Position numbers and translations under genes: made by a program
Shown: piece after piece, positions 9,532 through 19,177 of the stretch
Layout: each line of letters begins with the position of its first letter
Numbering within the stretch: position 1 is the first letter of the stretch
The notes under the pieces: model-generated
Databases searched by the model: none
The model's input: only the letters and a program-made list of their open reading frames with translations
Told to the model about the DNA's origin: nothing
Origin: a bacterium
GTDB taxonomy: Bacteria; Patescibacteriota; Patescibacteriia; Patescibacteriales; UBA12465
Assembly: GCA_021806615.1 (NCBI GenBank)
Contig: JAJZRB010000001.1
Location: 79,024-143,023 of the forward strand
Reading direction: 5' to 3'
Length of the DNA: 64,000 nucleotides

Positions 9532-10268
9532 ATATGCTTAAGAAGGGTTTCTCGGAAAACCGACGGCTGGTCTAAAAAGCAATAGTGACCGGCCTGAGGA
9601 ATGACCTCTAAGACGGAGGCGGATCGTAAGGCTTTTAGCCTTTCCACTTGGCTATACGGCGTATCCTGGTCATCGCGTCCCCAAATTAAAACAACTGGCA
9701 AGCTCAATTTAGCAAAAGCGCTCTGCCTATCTTCACTAATCAAATTCTTATAGATATCCTCTAATTCTCCGGCTTGGACATAATCCGCGCTAAGCGCTCG
9801 CCCAGCCAGGCGTCCGCGCCAACGCTTATTGACGAAGGGGAATAAAATACGGAAGATTTTAGCAATAACGAATATCGTCTTAGCCTTGGCCGATTTATTT
9901 CTAATAATCGCGCCGCCTATGATAATCAATTTTCTGGCCGCCTGACCGCTGGATATATATTCGACGGCGATGGCACCGCCAACACTATGGCCGATTAGAA
10001 TCGGCGCCTGAATTTGTAATTTATTTAAAAACTCGCTGACGAACCCAGCATATTCTCTTAGCCCCCAAGCCTCTTTCGGTCTCTCGCTTCCGCCCCAGCC
10101 AGGAAGGTTAAGCGCTAAAAGATTGGGGACGTCTCCGACAGCGGAACAAAATAGATCGACCGGCGATTTCCAGCCAGGCAGAAAAACCACCGCCTGGCTC
10201 GGGCTGAAGTCGGAGCTGATTGCATAATTGACTTTTAAACCGGAAATAATTATTTCTTTCTTGATCAT
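9528..10268 (-). CDS. Alpha/beta hydrolase fold protein
   Basis: GHSVGG nucleophile elbow; 246 aa; overlaps the murF-like start by 4 nt, so co-transcribed. Confidence 0.7.
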   Translation of the reverse strand: MIKKEIIISGLKVNYAISSDFSPSQAVVFLPGWKSPVDLFCSAVGDVPNLLALNLPGWGGSERPKEAWGLREYAGFVSEFLNKLQIQAPILIGHSVGGAIAVEYISSGQAARKLIIIGGAIIRNKSAKAKTIFVIAKIFRILFPFVNKRWRGRLAGRALSADYVQAGELEDIYKNLISEDRQSAFAKLSLPVVLIWGRDDQDTPYSQVERLKALRSASVLEVIPQAGHYCFLDQPSVFRETLLKHI

Positions 10269-10366
10269 ATAAGTAGTGTAATAAAAACCTATCTTTTCCG
10301 CAAATGGTCAAAATTGCCCTATATTCCGTCTTTGCTCCTGACCGCTAAAAATGATAAAATTAGCTT

Positions 10367-13138
10367 ATGTCTAAGACTAAGCCTAAATTAATAATCATTG
10401 ACGGCAATGCTCTTATCCACCGCAGCTTCCATGCTTTGCCGCCGACTTTACGTACCAAGTCCGGCCAGCTGGTTAATGCTGTATACGGATTTACTTCCTT
10501 CCTTTTAAAAGCGCTGAATGAATTCCATCCAGAATATGTGGTCCTGACCTTGGATAAGAAAGGCCCGACCTTCCGTCATGAAGAATACCCTGCCTATAAG
10601 GCCACGCGCATCAAAGCTCCGGACGAATTATATGAACAAATTCCTCTCGTGAAACAAGTAGCGGAGTCTTTTAATATCCCGATCTTTGAGCTAAGCGGCT
10701 TTGAGGCGGATGATCTCATCGGCACTATCTGCGACCAGGCTGAAACATCTAAAAATTTAGAAAAGATAATCATTACCGGCGACTTAGATACCCTGCAGCT
10801 TATCAGCCCAAAAACCAAGGTTTATACTATGAGCCGCGGCTTAAGCGATAGTATTTTATACGGCGAAGACGAGGTGCGCGCCCGCTATAATCTCCGGCCC
10901 GATCAAATCATCGACTATAAGGCTCTGCGCGGCGATCCGAGCGATAATATCCCCGGCGTCAAAGGAATAGGCGAAAAGACAGCCAGCGAATTATTGGTGG
11001 AATTTAATGATTTAGACGGCGTTTATGCGGCAGTCAAGAAAAATAGCGCTAAGATAACGCCGCGGATCTTAGAGCTCTTAAGAATGAATAAAGAAAATGC
11101 TTATCTCAGCCAGCATTTAGCGACTATAAATCGGAACGCCCCGTTGAAATTCTCTTTAAGCGATATCCAATATACTGCATTCAAGCTGGATAAGGTCATG
11201 GATCTTTTTAGTGAACTGGAGTTCAAATCTCTATTGAACAAGGTTAAAGAACTGCGGGACAATCTGAATAAAGCGCATGACTCCAGGATAAAATCCGACG
11301 AAGAAGGCGCGGCGGCTGGCGGCCGTTCAGGCGAAACTAAATTTACCCGGAATGCCAAGCAATTCCGATACGAGCTGATTGATAGTGATAAAAAATTTAT
11401 TTCTTTCTTAAAAAAGATTAAAAGGCAAGCAGCTTTCGCTCTAGATACGGAAACTTCCGGCTTAGATCCGATAAACGCCGAATTATTGGGACTGAGCTTC
11501 TCCTGGAAACCAGGCGAAGCTTATTTCGTTCTAGCCAATAAAAAGCGCCTAGCCGCCTTGCAGCCGATATTGGAAAATAAAAAGATAAAAAAATACGGCC
11601 ATAATGTAAAATTTGACTGGCGCGTTCTTAAGAACCAAGGCATCAATTTAGAGGGGATAGCCTTCGATACGATGCTCGCCTCTTATCTCCTGAACCCGGG
11701 CAGCCGCCAACACAGTTTGGACGGATTAGCGTTCACCGAACTAGGCTTTGAAAAAATAAGCAAAGCTAATCTGGCCGATACCCAACCGGGCCAGCTTACT
11801 TTAGACTTCAAGGCGCTGGATCCGCAAAAACTAAGCCTATACTCTTGCGAGGATGCGGATTTTACCAACCGCCTGGTCAAATCCTTGACGCCGAAACTGA
11901 AAGCCGAAAAATTGCAGGAACTGTTTACAAGAATTGAGCTCCCCTTGGCGCCCGTCTTAGGAAAAATGGAAGATAATGGCATCAATATAGACCCCGGACG
12001 ATTAAGCGGCTTAAGCCGAGAAGTAGGGCTTAGATTGAAAAAACTAGAGACAGCCATACATCGCTTAGCACAGGAAAAATTCAATATTAACTCTACCAAG
12101 CAACTGAAAGAAATCTTATTCACCAGGCTGGCCATACCGACTGATAATATAAAAAAGACTAAAACCGGTTTTTCTACGGCCGAAGATGAATTAGCAAAAT
12201 TACGCGATTTTCATCCGATTATCCCTTTGCTGCAAGACTATCGGGAATTGAATAAACTGCAGACGACCTACTTGAACGCTCTGCCGACGATGATTAACCC
12301 GAAAACGGGCCGGATACATACTAATTTTAACCAGACGATCGCCGCCACCGGGCGTTTGTCCTCTACCGACCCGAATCTGCAAAATATCCCGACTCGGACT
12401 GCTGAGGGGCAGAAAATCAGGCAGGCTTTTATCGCCGCCCCCGGCTATAAGCTGCTCGGCTTCGATTATTCCCAGATCGAACTGCGTCTGGCCGCCCATA
12501 TATCCGGAGACGAAAAGATGATCGCCGCCTTTAAAAACGGCGAGGATATCCATAGCGCTACGGCGGCGGAAATTAACGGAGTAAAGCTGGACGCCGTGAC
12601 TAAGAATATGCGGCGGGAAGCGAAGGCGGTCAACTTCGGCATTCTATACGGCCAAGGATCGCATGGCCTAAGCCAAGGAGCAGGCATCTCCTACGCCCAA
12701 GCAGCTGATTTCATAAGAAAATATTTCGCGGCTTATCCTAAAATAAAAAAAATGACTGAGGGTTTTATCCAAGAGGCTAAAGATAAAGGCTATGTTTCCA
12801 CGCTATTCGGCCGCCGGCGCCCTCTGCCAGAAATCAATTCCACTATTCCGGCCATACGTAAAAGCGCGGAGCGCATGGCGATCAATACCCCCCTGCAAGG
12901 CACGGCCGCTGATATTATCAAGCTGGCCATGGTAAAGATAGCCGAGCTCATCAGAGACCGAGAGGCGGATATCAGGCTGCTCTTGCAAATACATGACGAA
13001 TTGATTTTTGAAATCAAACCCGATAAGATAAAAACCTACGCTCCGCTGATCAAAGATACCATGCAGAACGTCATAAAGCTCAAGGTGCCGATAATCGTGG
13101 AAGAAGCGAGCGGCGACAATTGGGGAGAGTTAAAATAA
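10367..13138 (+). CDS. polA: DNA polymerase I (5'-3' exo, 3'-5' exo-like and polymerase domains)
   Basis: 923 aa. N-terminal FEN motifs, and a C-terminal RRxAKxxNFGxxYG and QIHDELIFE polymerase A family motifs. Confidence 0.9.
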   Translation: MSKTKPKLIIIDGNALIHRSFHALPPTLRTKSGQLVNAVYGFTSFLLKALNEFHPEYVVLTLDKKGPTFRHEEYPAYKATRIKAPDELYEQIPLVKQVAESFNIPIFELSGFEADDLIGTICDQAETSKNLEKIIITGDLDTLQLISPKTKVYTMSRGLSDSILYGEDEVRARYNLRPDQIIDYKALRGDPSDNIPGVKGIGEKTASELLVEFNDLDGVYAAVKKNSAKITPRILELLRMNKENAYLSQHLATINRNAPLKFSLSDIQYTAFKLDKVMDLFSELEFKSLLNKVKELRDNLNKAHDSRIKSDEEGAAAGGRSGETKFTRNAKQFRYELIDSDKKFISFLKKIKRQAAFALDTETSGLDPINAELLGLSFSWKPGEAYFVLANKKRLAALQPILENKKIKKYGHNVKFDWRVLKNQGINLEGIAFDTMLASYLLNPGSRQHSLDGLAFTELGFEKISKANLADTQPGQLTLDFKALDPQKLSLYSCEDADFTNRLVKSLTPKLKAEKLQELFTRIELPLAPVLGKMEDNGINIDPGRLSGLSREVGLRLKKLETAIHRLAQEKFNINSTKQLKEILFTRLAIPTDNIKKTKTGFSTAEDELAKLRDFHPIIPLLQDYRELNKLQTTYLNALPTMINPKTGRIHTNFNQTIAATGRLSSTDPNLQNIPTRTAEGQKIRQAFIAAPGYKLLGFDYSQIELRLAAHISGDEKMIAAFKNGEDIHSATAAEINGVKLDAVTKNMRREAKAVNFGILYGQGSHGLSQGAGISYAQAADFIRKYFAAYPKIKKMTEGFIQEAKDKGYVSTLFGRRRPLPEINSTIPAIRKSAERMAINTPLQGTAADIIKLAMVKIAELIRDREADIRLLLQIHDELIFEIKPDKIKTYAPLIKDTMQNVIKLKVPIIVEEASGDNWGELK

Positions 13139-13139
13139 A

Positions 13140-14483
13140 ATGCTTAAATCACAAAGAGACAAATTAAAAAAACTGAATGGACTGAAAATCGCCCTTCTAG
13201 GCTGGGGGCTGGATAATCAGTCGCTTTTAGCCTTGCTGGACAAGGAAAAAATAAAAGCGCAGATCACCATTTGCGACTTCAGGGATAAAGAGCAATTGCC
13301 GCCGGTCAGGACTAAGCACCTGCGGGTCGCCTATCAATTAGGGGCATCGTTCAATACGAATTTAGACCGATTTGACTGCTTATTCCGTTCCCCGGGCTGG
13401 CCAATAGCTTGTCCGGGAATACAGGCCGCCCTAAAAACAGGGCACACGGAACTGAATAGCCCGATGAACCTATTCTTCTACCTCGCGCCGACGAAAAATA
13501 TCATCGGCATTACCGGTAGCAAAGGCAAAGGCACGACTGCCAGCTTGATTTATCAGATTCTCCTTGACTCTAACCGCCACAATAAGAAGAAAGTCTGGCT
13601 CGGCGGCAACATCGGCGTTTCTCCCTTATCTTTCTTGGAAAAAATAAAAGCTGGCGATTTCGTCATCTTAGAATTATCCAGCTTCCAGTTGGAAGACTTG
13701 AGATATTCGCCGCGCCTGGCGCTTATAACCAATCTATTCCCTGAACATCTAGCGCCGGCCGATCCTCATAATCCGAATTTCCATGCTTCTCGTGCCGCTT
13801 ACTGGCGGGCCAAATTGAATATTGCCAGCCATGGACAGAATGAATATCTGATTGTCAGCTATAACTTAAAGAATAAAATGAGATCCGTCCGTACTGCGAG
13901 CAAAATTATTTATTTCCGGGCCAGCCGTTTAGCTTCTCATTTAGCAGGAGAATACAACCGGGAAAATATCGGCGCGGCCGTAGCGGCCGCCAAAATCCTA
14001 AAGATAAAACCCGATGTCTACAGGCGGACGATCGCCTCTTTCCATAACTTAGAACATCGCCTGGAACTGGTGGCCGAAATAAAAGGCGTCAGATATTTCG
14101 ACAATAGCTTCTCTACTACGCCGGAAAGCACCGTCTTAGATTTAAAATCTTTCCGTGCGCCGGTGATCCTGATCGCGGGTGGAGCGGATAAGGGCGCTAG
14201 TTTCCGCTTCTTAGCGCGGACGATAAGAAAACGGGTAAAATTCTTGATCCTCCTAGACGGCCGAGCTACGCCGCGGATCAAAAAAGAACTAACGGTTATT
14301 AGATTTCCCCGCTCCCGGATGAGGGACGCCAAAAGCATGGCTGAGGCCGTTTCGCTCGCGCGCGCGCAAAGCGTTCCCGGAGATATCGTCCTCCTATCTA
14401 CAGCTTGCGCTAGCTTCGGACTCTTCAAAAATTATAAAGAACGCGGCGATCAATTCAAATACTATGTCCGAGCTGGAATATAA
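13140..14483 (+). CDS. murD: UDP-N-acetylmuramoylalanine--D-glutamate ligase
   Basis: GITGSKGKGTT P-loop, ELSSFQLE and LSTACASFGLFKNYKERG blocks characteristic of MurD. Confidence 0.8.
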   Translation: MLKSQRDKLKKLNGLKIALLGWGLDNQSLLALLDKEKIKAQITICDFRDKEQLPPVRTKHLRVAYQLGASFNTNLDRFDCLFRSPGWPIACPGIQAALKTGHTELNSPMNLFFYLAPTKNIIGITGSKGKGTTASLIYQILLDSNRHNKKKVWLGGNIGVSPLSFLEKIKAGDFVILELSSFQLEDLRYSPRLALITNLFPEHLAPADPHNPNFHASRAAYWRAKLNIASHGQNEYLIVSYNLKNKMRSVRTASKIIYFRASRLASHLAGEYNRENIGAAVAAAKILKIKPDVYRRTIASFHNLEHRLELVAEIKGVRYFDNSFSTTPESTVLDLKSFRAPVILIAGGADKGASFRFLARTIRKRVKFLILLDGRATPRIKKELTVIRFPRSRMRDAKSMAEAVSLARAQSVPGDIVLLSTACASFGLFKNYKERGDQFKYYVRAGI

Positions 14484-15318
14484 TAAGATGGCAGCAAAAA
14501 ATATTATCGGCGTCTTTGACTCCGGCTTGGGAGGCTTGACGGTCTTAAAACATTTTCTCCAGGTTCTGCCCGATTATAACTATATATACCTGGGCGATAG
14601 CGCGCGGCTCCCCTATGGAGAGAAATCTCCGGAAACGATTTATAATTACAGCCGCGAAGCTATTGATTTCCTATTCAGAAAAGGCTGCAAACTTATAATC
14701 ATCGCGTGCAACACCGCTTCCAGCCAGGCTCTACGACGTCTGCAACAGGAATATCTGCCTACCGCTTATCCTGATCGACGCATCTTGGGGGTCATCCGCC
14801 CCGTTGCGGAATATGTCGCTCGCCAGGACCATTTAGACTCCGTCGGGATTATTGGCACCAAAGCGACGATAAATTCGCGCGCCTACCAGGCTGAACTCAG
14901 CAAATTGAACCCCAATTTAAGGGTAGAGGCTGAAAGCACGCCCTTACTGGTCCCCCTTATCGAGGAGGGTTGGTCCGCTAAGCCGGAAACGAAGATGATT
15001 TTAAAAAAATATCTACGGCCGTTAAAAATAAAAAAAATAGGCGCCCTTATCCTGGGCTGTACCCATTACCCCTTCCTGCGCCGGGAAATAAAACAAATAA
15101 TGGGCCGGCGGATAGCCGTCCCTGAACCGGGGGAAATAATCGCGGCCAGCCTGAAAGAATATCTAGGCCGGCATCCCGAGCTTGGCCTATCGATTTCTGA
15201 CCAAGTGACCCATGAGTACTATACGACCGATAATCCCGTCCTTTTTCGGAAATTGGGCGAAAAATTCTTAGGATGCCATTTAGATAATTTAAGCCAAGTT
15301 AAAATAAGCGCCACATAA
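14464..15318 (+). CDS. murI: Glutamate racemase
   Basis: GVFDSGLGGLTVL and IIACNTAS motifs; 284 aa. Confidence 0.85.
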   Translation: MSELEYNKMAAKNIIGVFDSGLGGLTVLKHFLQVLPDYNYIYLGDSARLPYGEKSPETIYNYSREAIDFLFRKGCKLIIIACNTASSQALRRLQQEYLPTAYPDRRILGVIRPVAEYVARQDHLDSVGIIGTKATINSRAYQAELSKLNPNLRVEAESTPLLVPLIEEGWSAKPETKMILKKYLRPLKIKKIGALILGCTHYPFLRREIKQIMGRRIAVPEPGEIIAASLKEYLGRHPELGLSISDQVTHEYYTTDNPVLFRKLGEKFLGCHLDNLSQVKISAT

Positions 15319-15320
15319 CT

Positions 15321-16289
15321 ATGATTATCTTTATATACGGTGCGGATACTTTCCGTTCTCAGCGCTTTCTCCGGGAATTGCGCGATAAATTTACTCGCGA
15401 CGTCGATCCGGATGCGAATAGCTTCAGTTTTATAGACGGCAGCACGGCGGCGCTTTCCGCTATCGGCGAAAGAATAAATACCGGCTCGCTTTTCGTAAAA
15501 AAAAGGCTGGTCATCATAGAAAATATCTTTCAAAATAAGAAGAATGGGATTCTCCCGGACTTGCTGGATTATTTGAAGAGAATAGCTTCCAGCGAAGACG
15601 CCGTTATAATCTTCCGGGACGAAGAGCTCAATACCAAGAATCGGCCGCTTAAGGCGGATGAAAAAAAACTGTTTAATTTTTTGAGCCAGCAACCTTATTC
15701 CCAAGAATTCAAAACTCTTTCTGACAGCCAGATCCTGACTTTCATCAAGAAAGAAGCGGGCGCTTACCATAAAGACATCGGGGCTCCGGCCGCCTCCCTG
15801 CTTCTGAACCTAAGCGGCAATGATCTGTGGGCTATCGCCGGCCACCTGAAAAAATTAGCTTTTGCTAGTACGGACAAAACGATAACGAGCGGTCAGGTCA
15901 AGGAGCTGGTTTCTGCATCTTATGATGAGAATATCTTTGGCTTGACCGACGCTCTTAGCGTCAAGGACAAGAAATTAGCGGCCGGCCTGCTCGCCGAACA
16001 ATACGCGGCCGGCTTAAGCGGCGAGTATCTTCTAACGATGCTTATCCGCCAATTCAAGATCCTCTTGCAGATCCGTTCAGCCTTGGACAGGAAAATAAGT
16101 CCGGCCGATCTGGCCTCAGAATTGAAGCTCCACCCCTTCATCATCAAAAAAGGGGCGCTACAGGCTAGGAATTTCAGCGCGGCGGCTTTAAAAAATTATC
16201 TAGACCGCCTGATCCGCTTGGATTTCTTAAATAAAAAGGGGCGCAGCGATATTGCCACGGAACTGACTTTGCTAATTTCCGGATTATAA
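15321..16289 (+). CDS. holA: DNA polymerase III delta subunit
   Basis: MIIFIYGADTFRSQRFLRELRDKF start and size (322 aa) are consistent with HolA. Tightly packed after polA-murD-murI. Confidence 0.55.
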   Translation: MIIFIYGADTFRSQRFLRELRDKFTRDVDPDANSFSFIDGSTAALSAIGERINTGSLFVKKRLVIIENIFQNKKNGILPDLLDYLKRIASSEDAVIIFRDEELNTKNRPLKADEKKLFNFLSQQPYSQEFKTLSDSQILTFIKKEAGAYHKDIGAPAASLLLNLSGNDLWAIAGHLKKLAFASTDKTITSGQVKELVSASYDENIFGLTDALSVKDKKLAAGLLAEQYAAGLSGEYLLTMLIRQFKILLQIRSALDRKISPADLASELKLHPFIIKKGALQARNFSAAALKNYLDRLIRLDFLNKKGRSDIATELTLLISGL

Positions 16290-16310
16290 TGGATATTGAT
16301 TAACGGACGC

Positions 16311-16339
16311 TTGCCTTTTTATTTAATATTTGTTATATT
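16311..16339 (+). promoter_or_regulatory. Putative promoter of the tRNA cluster
   Basis: TTGCCT, 17-nt spacer, TATATT; about 18 nt upstream of tRNA-Ile. Confidence 0.35.
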
Positions 16340-16356
16340 CTTGTCAGTTAAAAATT

Positions 16357-16433
16357 GGGCAATTAGCTCAGTTGGTTAGAGCGCAACACTGATAATGTTG
16401 AGGTCGGTGGTTCGAGTCCACCATTGCCCACCA
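16357..16433 (+). tRNA. tRNA-Ile (anticodon GAT), CCA encoded
   Basis: Anticodon loop CTGATAA, stem CAACA/TGTTG, and a GGTTCGAGTCC T-arm. Confidence 0.9.
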
Positions 16434-16458
16434 CTCATCATAATTTATTTATTATTAT

Positions 16459-16531
16459 AGCGGGGTAGAGCAGTTGGCAGCTCGCTAGGCCCATAACCTA
16501 GAGGTCGCCGGTTCGAGTCCGGCCCCCGCAA
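16459..16531 (+). tRNA. tRNA-Met (anticodon CAT), initiator-like (A1xA72 mismatch)
   Basis: Closely resembles E. coli tRNA-fMet (AGCGGGGTAGAGCAG...CCGGCCCCCGCAA). Unpaired 1-72 position, anticodon loop CCCATAA, no encoded CCA. Confidence 0.85.
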
Positions 16532-16555
16532 CTTATTTGACAACACAATTTTCAA

Positions 16556-16627
16556 GCCTCGGTAGCTCAGTGGTAGAGCAAAGGACTGAAAATCCTTGTG
16601 TCGTCAGTTCGATTCTGACCCGGGGCA
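16556..16627 (+). tRNA. tRNA-Phe (anticodon GAA)
   Basis: GCCTCGGTAGCTCAGTGGTAGAGC..., anticodon loop CTGAAAA, no encoded CCA. Confidence 0.9.
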
Positions 16628-16645
16628 CAAAGTAGATAAAAAAAT

Positions 16646-16682
16646 AAACCCATGTTATATTTGTTATGGGTTTATTTTTTTA
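16646..16682 (+). terminator. Intrinsic terminator between tRNA-Phe and tRNA-Pro
   Basis: AAACCCAT-12 nt loop-ATGGGTTT followed by ATTTTTTTT. Confidence 0.5.
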
Positions 16683-16691
16683 AATCAAGGG

Positions 16692-16766
16692 CGGGGTGTG
16701 GCCCAGTTGGTCTAAGGCGTCTGGTTTGGGACCAGAAGATCGAGAGTTCGAATCTCTCCACCCCGA
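16692..16766 (+). tRNA. tRNA-Pro (anticodon TGG)
   Basis: CGGGGTG/CACCCCG acceptor stem, anticodon loop TTTGGGA, GGTTCGAATC T-arm. Confidence 0.85.
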
Positions 16767-16810
16767 CAAAGCAAACTGGTTCAACTCTCTTCCGGCGATT
16801 AAATCCTTAT

Positions 16811-16838
16811 AAGAGCGGGCGCGTGCCGCTCTTTTTTA
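16811..16838. terminator. Intrinsic terminator after tRNA-Pro (also downstream of the convergent minus-strand gene)
   Basis: AAGAGCGG-gcgcgtg-CCGCTCTT followed by TTTTTAT. Confidence 0.55.
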
Positions 16839-17951
16839 TCGAGCGCTGGCGATGTCCTTGGCCGCCTGCCTGAAGGATAAGAAGCGGATTATCTTATTCA
16901 TCAACCATCCGAGCCCGAGAAATAGGAATAAATAAAGTAGGGTCGCCGCCCAAGCCGGCAGCCAGAAATAAAATATATCGTAACGATAGAGGATCGGCCA
17001 ATGGAATAAGTAAATCTCATATGAATATAAGCCGAACAGGGACAATAACCGGCATTCTATCTTTTTCAAAATGAAAACGCCGGAAATAGCCAGGACAGCC
17101 AAGATGCTCATGCTCTGCTCCAGGCGTGCGCTAACGCCGATGCCGGAATGGATATTAGCATAAACGAAGATCGCCAATAAACCGGCTAAAACCGGATAAT
17201 AAACCATAGCGGTCCCGGCCGCCGACCATTTTCCCGCTGAAAAGTCGGGCGCCGGAATCTTGGTCACTATCCACGCTGCCATGACGCCCAGAGGAAAAGC
17301 GAAAATGTGGACTTTATAAAGATATAAGACATAATCCAGAAATGGCGGCTGCCAATAAATCAACAGATAGCCGGCCAGATATAAAACGAGAGCCGAAAAC
17401 CAGGGCCTCTTTTTATTGAAGACGAGAGGAAATAACAAATAGTAGCCGAGGATAAAAGTAAAATACCATAAAGGAGAATTGATATCCTGATATAAATCGG
17501 CGTGAGTAAAAATTCCTAAAAAAGCTCGCCCAAGATAATCAAGAGGGTAGCTGATATGCAAAACCAGATAATCTAAAGCCACGAACGCGGCGAGAACTAG
17601 CCAGAACGGCGTAAATAATTTTAAAAGACGTTTTTTATAGAATTGCCAGGCAGGCAAATTCTTTTGCAGCTGGCTGGCCGTCAGTCCGAAACCGGACAAG
17701 AATAAAAATAAATTCACGCCGACGCCGGCGGCGATAGTAAGCGGCCACAGGAAGCGATGATCATTAACCAAAAAATAGCCGATATGCGACAAAACGATCA
17801 TCAAAATCGCCAGACCCTTGAGTTCGGTCGTCAGCGTCGCCGGAAACCACTCTTTTATTTGGCGCGACCTGACTAAGGCTGCTAAAATAATAAAAAAAAT
17901 AAGAGAAAAAATCCAAGTCGACTGGACCGGGTCATTGATAGAAATGATCAT
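16836..17951 (-). CDS. Acyltransferase family 3 (OatA/OpgC-like) integral membrane protein
   Basis: 371 aa polytopic protein; LKGLAILMIVLSHIGYF motif typical of PF01757. Confidence 0.7.
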   Translation of the reverse strand: MIISINDPVQSTWIFSLIFFIILAALVRSRQIKEWFPATLTTELKGLAILMIVLSHIGYFLVNDHRFLWPLTIAAGVGVNLFLFLSGFGLTASQLQKNLPAWQFYKKRLLKLFTPFWLVLAAFVALDYLVLHISYPLDYLGRAFLGIFTHADLYQDINSPLWYFTFILGYYLLFPLVFNKKRPWFSALVLYLAGYLLIYWQPPFLDYVLYLYKVHIFAFPLGVMAAWIVTKIPAPDFSAGKWSAAGTAMVYYPVLAGLLAIFVYANIHSGIGVSARLEQSMSILAVLAISGVFILKKIECRLLSLFGLYSYEIYLFHWPILYRYDIFYFWLPAWAATLLYLFLFLGLGWLMNKIIRFLSFRQAAKDIASAR

Positions 17952-18735
17952 AAATTATGCCCGCCCAGATCTTATAGCCTGCGGCGGAGGGATGAAATAA
18001 GTCGGCGGAGTAATGCGCTCCCGCCTGTTTGAATAAAGCGACGGTCGGCGTGTACAGATCAATGTAGACAATATGATACTTAACAGATAATTCTTTTATA
18101 ATAGCATTAAACTCCCGCGTCCTAGCATCAAAATAAACTTGATAAGGCGGAAGCATCATGGTATCGGCGCCGATAAACGGAATATTAACAGCATATACCG
18201 CAGCGGAAGTCTCTTTAGTGAGGCGCTCTAATATCTCTCCATAATTATGACGGAAGACGTCGGCCGAGACATTATTATGGATATCATTGACGCCGATAAG
18301 CAGGGTGATGACTTGCGGCTTAGTCTGGACGGCCGGAGATAATAAGTTATTTATCAAATCAGCCGTCTTATAGCCCGGAACCGAATAATTCTGTAAAATG
18401 ACTTTTTTATCTCGGCCAGCCAGCCGATCGGCCAATAAATAAGGAAGGGAGTCCTGTGCCGATGAGGTGCCGGCTCCCGCCATCAGGCTGTCGCCGAGAG
18501 CCAAATAAACTAGGCTGGAAGTAGCGGTCATATTATTAAAGACTAGCTGGTCTCCGATCCTATTGACCGGAGGCAGATTAGCTGCTCCTATAGTATTATA
18601 GATATGGGCATAGGCCCGATTCAAATATAAGCCGATAACAGCTAAGATAATAGCGAGGGCCAGCAGGTAACGTTTTCTTTTTTTAGAGGTAATATTCATG
18701 TAATATAGTATATAACAAAATCCAGGATCGTGCAT
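17932..18735 (-). CDS. SGNH/GDSL hydrolase family protein
   Basis: N-terminal TM anchor; LALGDSLMAG block I and GVNDI block III. Overlaps the downstream acyltransferase_3 gene by 20 nt. Confidence 0.7.
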   Translation of the reverse strand: MHDPGFCYILYYMNITSKKRKRYLLALAIILAVIGLYLNRAYAHIYNTIGAANLPPVNRIGDQLVFNNMTATSSLVYLALGDSLMAGAGTSSAQDSLPYLLADRLAGRDKKVILQNYSVPGYKTADLINNLLSPAVQTKPQVITLLIGVNDIHNNVSADVFRHNYGEILERLTKETSAAVYAVNIPFIGADTMMLPPYQVYFDARTREFNAIIKELSVKYHIVYIDLYTPTVALFKQAGAHYSADLFHPSAAGYKIWAGIIYDHFYQ

Positions 18736-18825
18736 ACTGAGAAGCCATTTCCCTGCCCTTGATTTTTATTTATTATTATGTTAGTATTCACTCATCTTAA
18801 TTAATTTATTATTTAGAAATTCCGT

Positions 18826-19086
18826 ATGCCAAACAAGAAATCGGCGGCTAAAGAACTGCGTAAAGCTGTCAAAAGAAAGGCCGCTAATAAAAAAGCTTCT
18901 GACAAACTCAAAGATTTAGTTAAAGTTAGCCTAAAACAAATTAAGGCCAACGATAAAAAAATCAAAGAAGATTATATTAAAACTATCAAAGCTATCGATA
19001 AAGCCGCTAAGAAAGGCGTCATCAAGAAAAATACGGCCGCCAGACGGAAATCACGGCTGATGAAGAAAATTAATACCATTAAATAA
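18826..19086 (+). CDS. rpsT: 30S ribosomal protein S20
   Basis: MPNKKSAAKELRKAVKRKAANKK: basic helical 86-aa protein matching the S20 N-terminus. Confidence 0.8.
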   Translation: MPNKKSAAKELRKAVKRKAANKKASDKLKDLVKVSLKQIKANDKKIKEDYIKTIKAIDKAAKKGVIKKNTAARRKSRLMKKINTIK

Positions 19087-19093
19087 GCGTATT

Positions 19094-19177
19094 ATATAAT
19101 AATGTACTCATCTTGGATGCGGAGACAGAAGCCTTAAAACCGAAGGCCGGGCCGCTTCTCGGATGAGCGCCAAAACT
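19094..19177 (+). promoter_or_regulatory. rpsO promoter (-10 TATAAT at 19094-19099) and structured leader (candidate S15 autoregulatory site)
   Basis: Nested inverted repeats: CTCATC...GATGAG, GCGG...CCGC, and AGAAGC...GCTTCT enclosing CTTAAAACCGAAGGCC. Confidence 0.3.

Noticed and set aside
10594-13017. Antisense ORFs (74-150 aa) nested in polA
   Set aside because: They sit on the opposite strand of a strongly supported 923-aa Pol I gene, with no RBS and no family resemblance; typical shadow ORFs.
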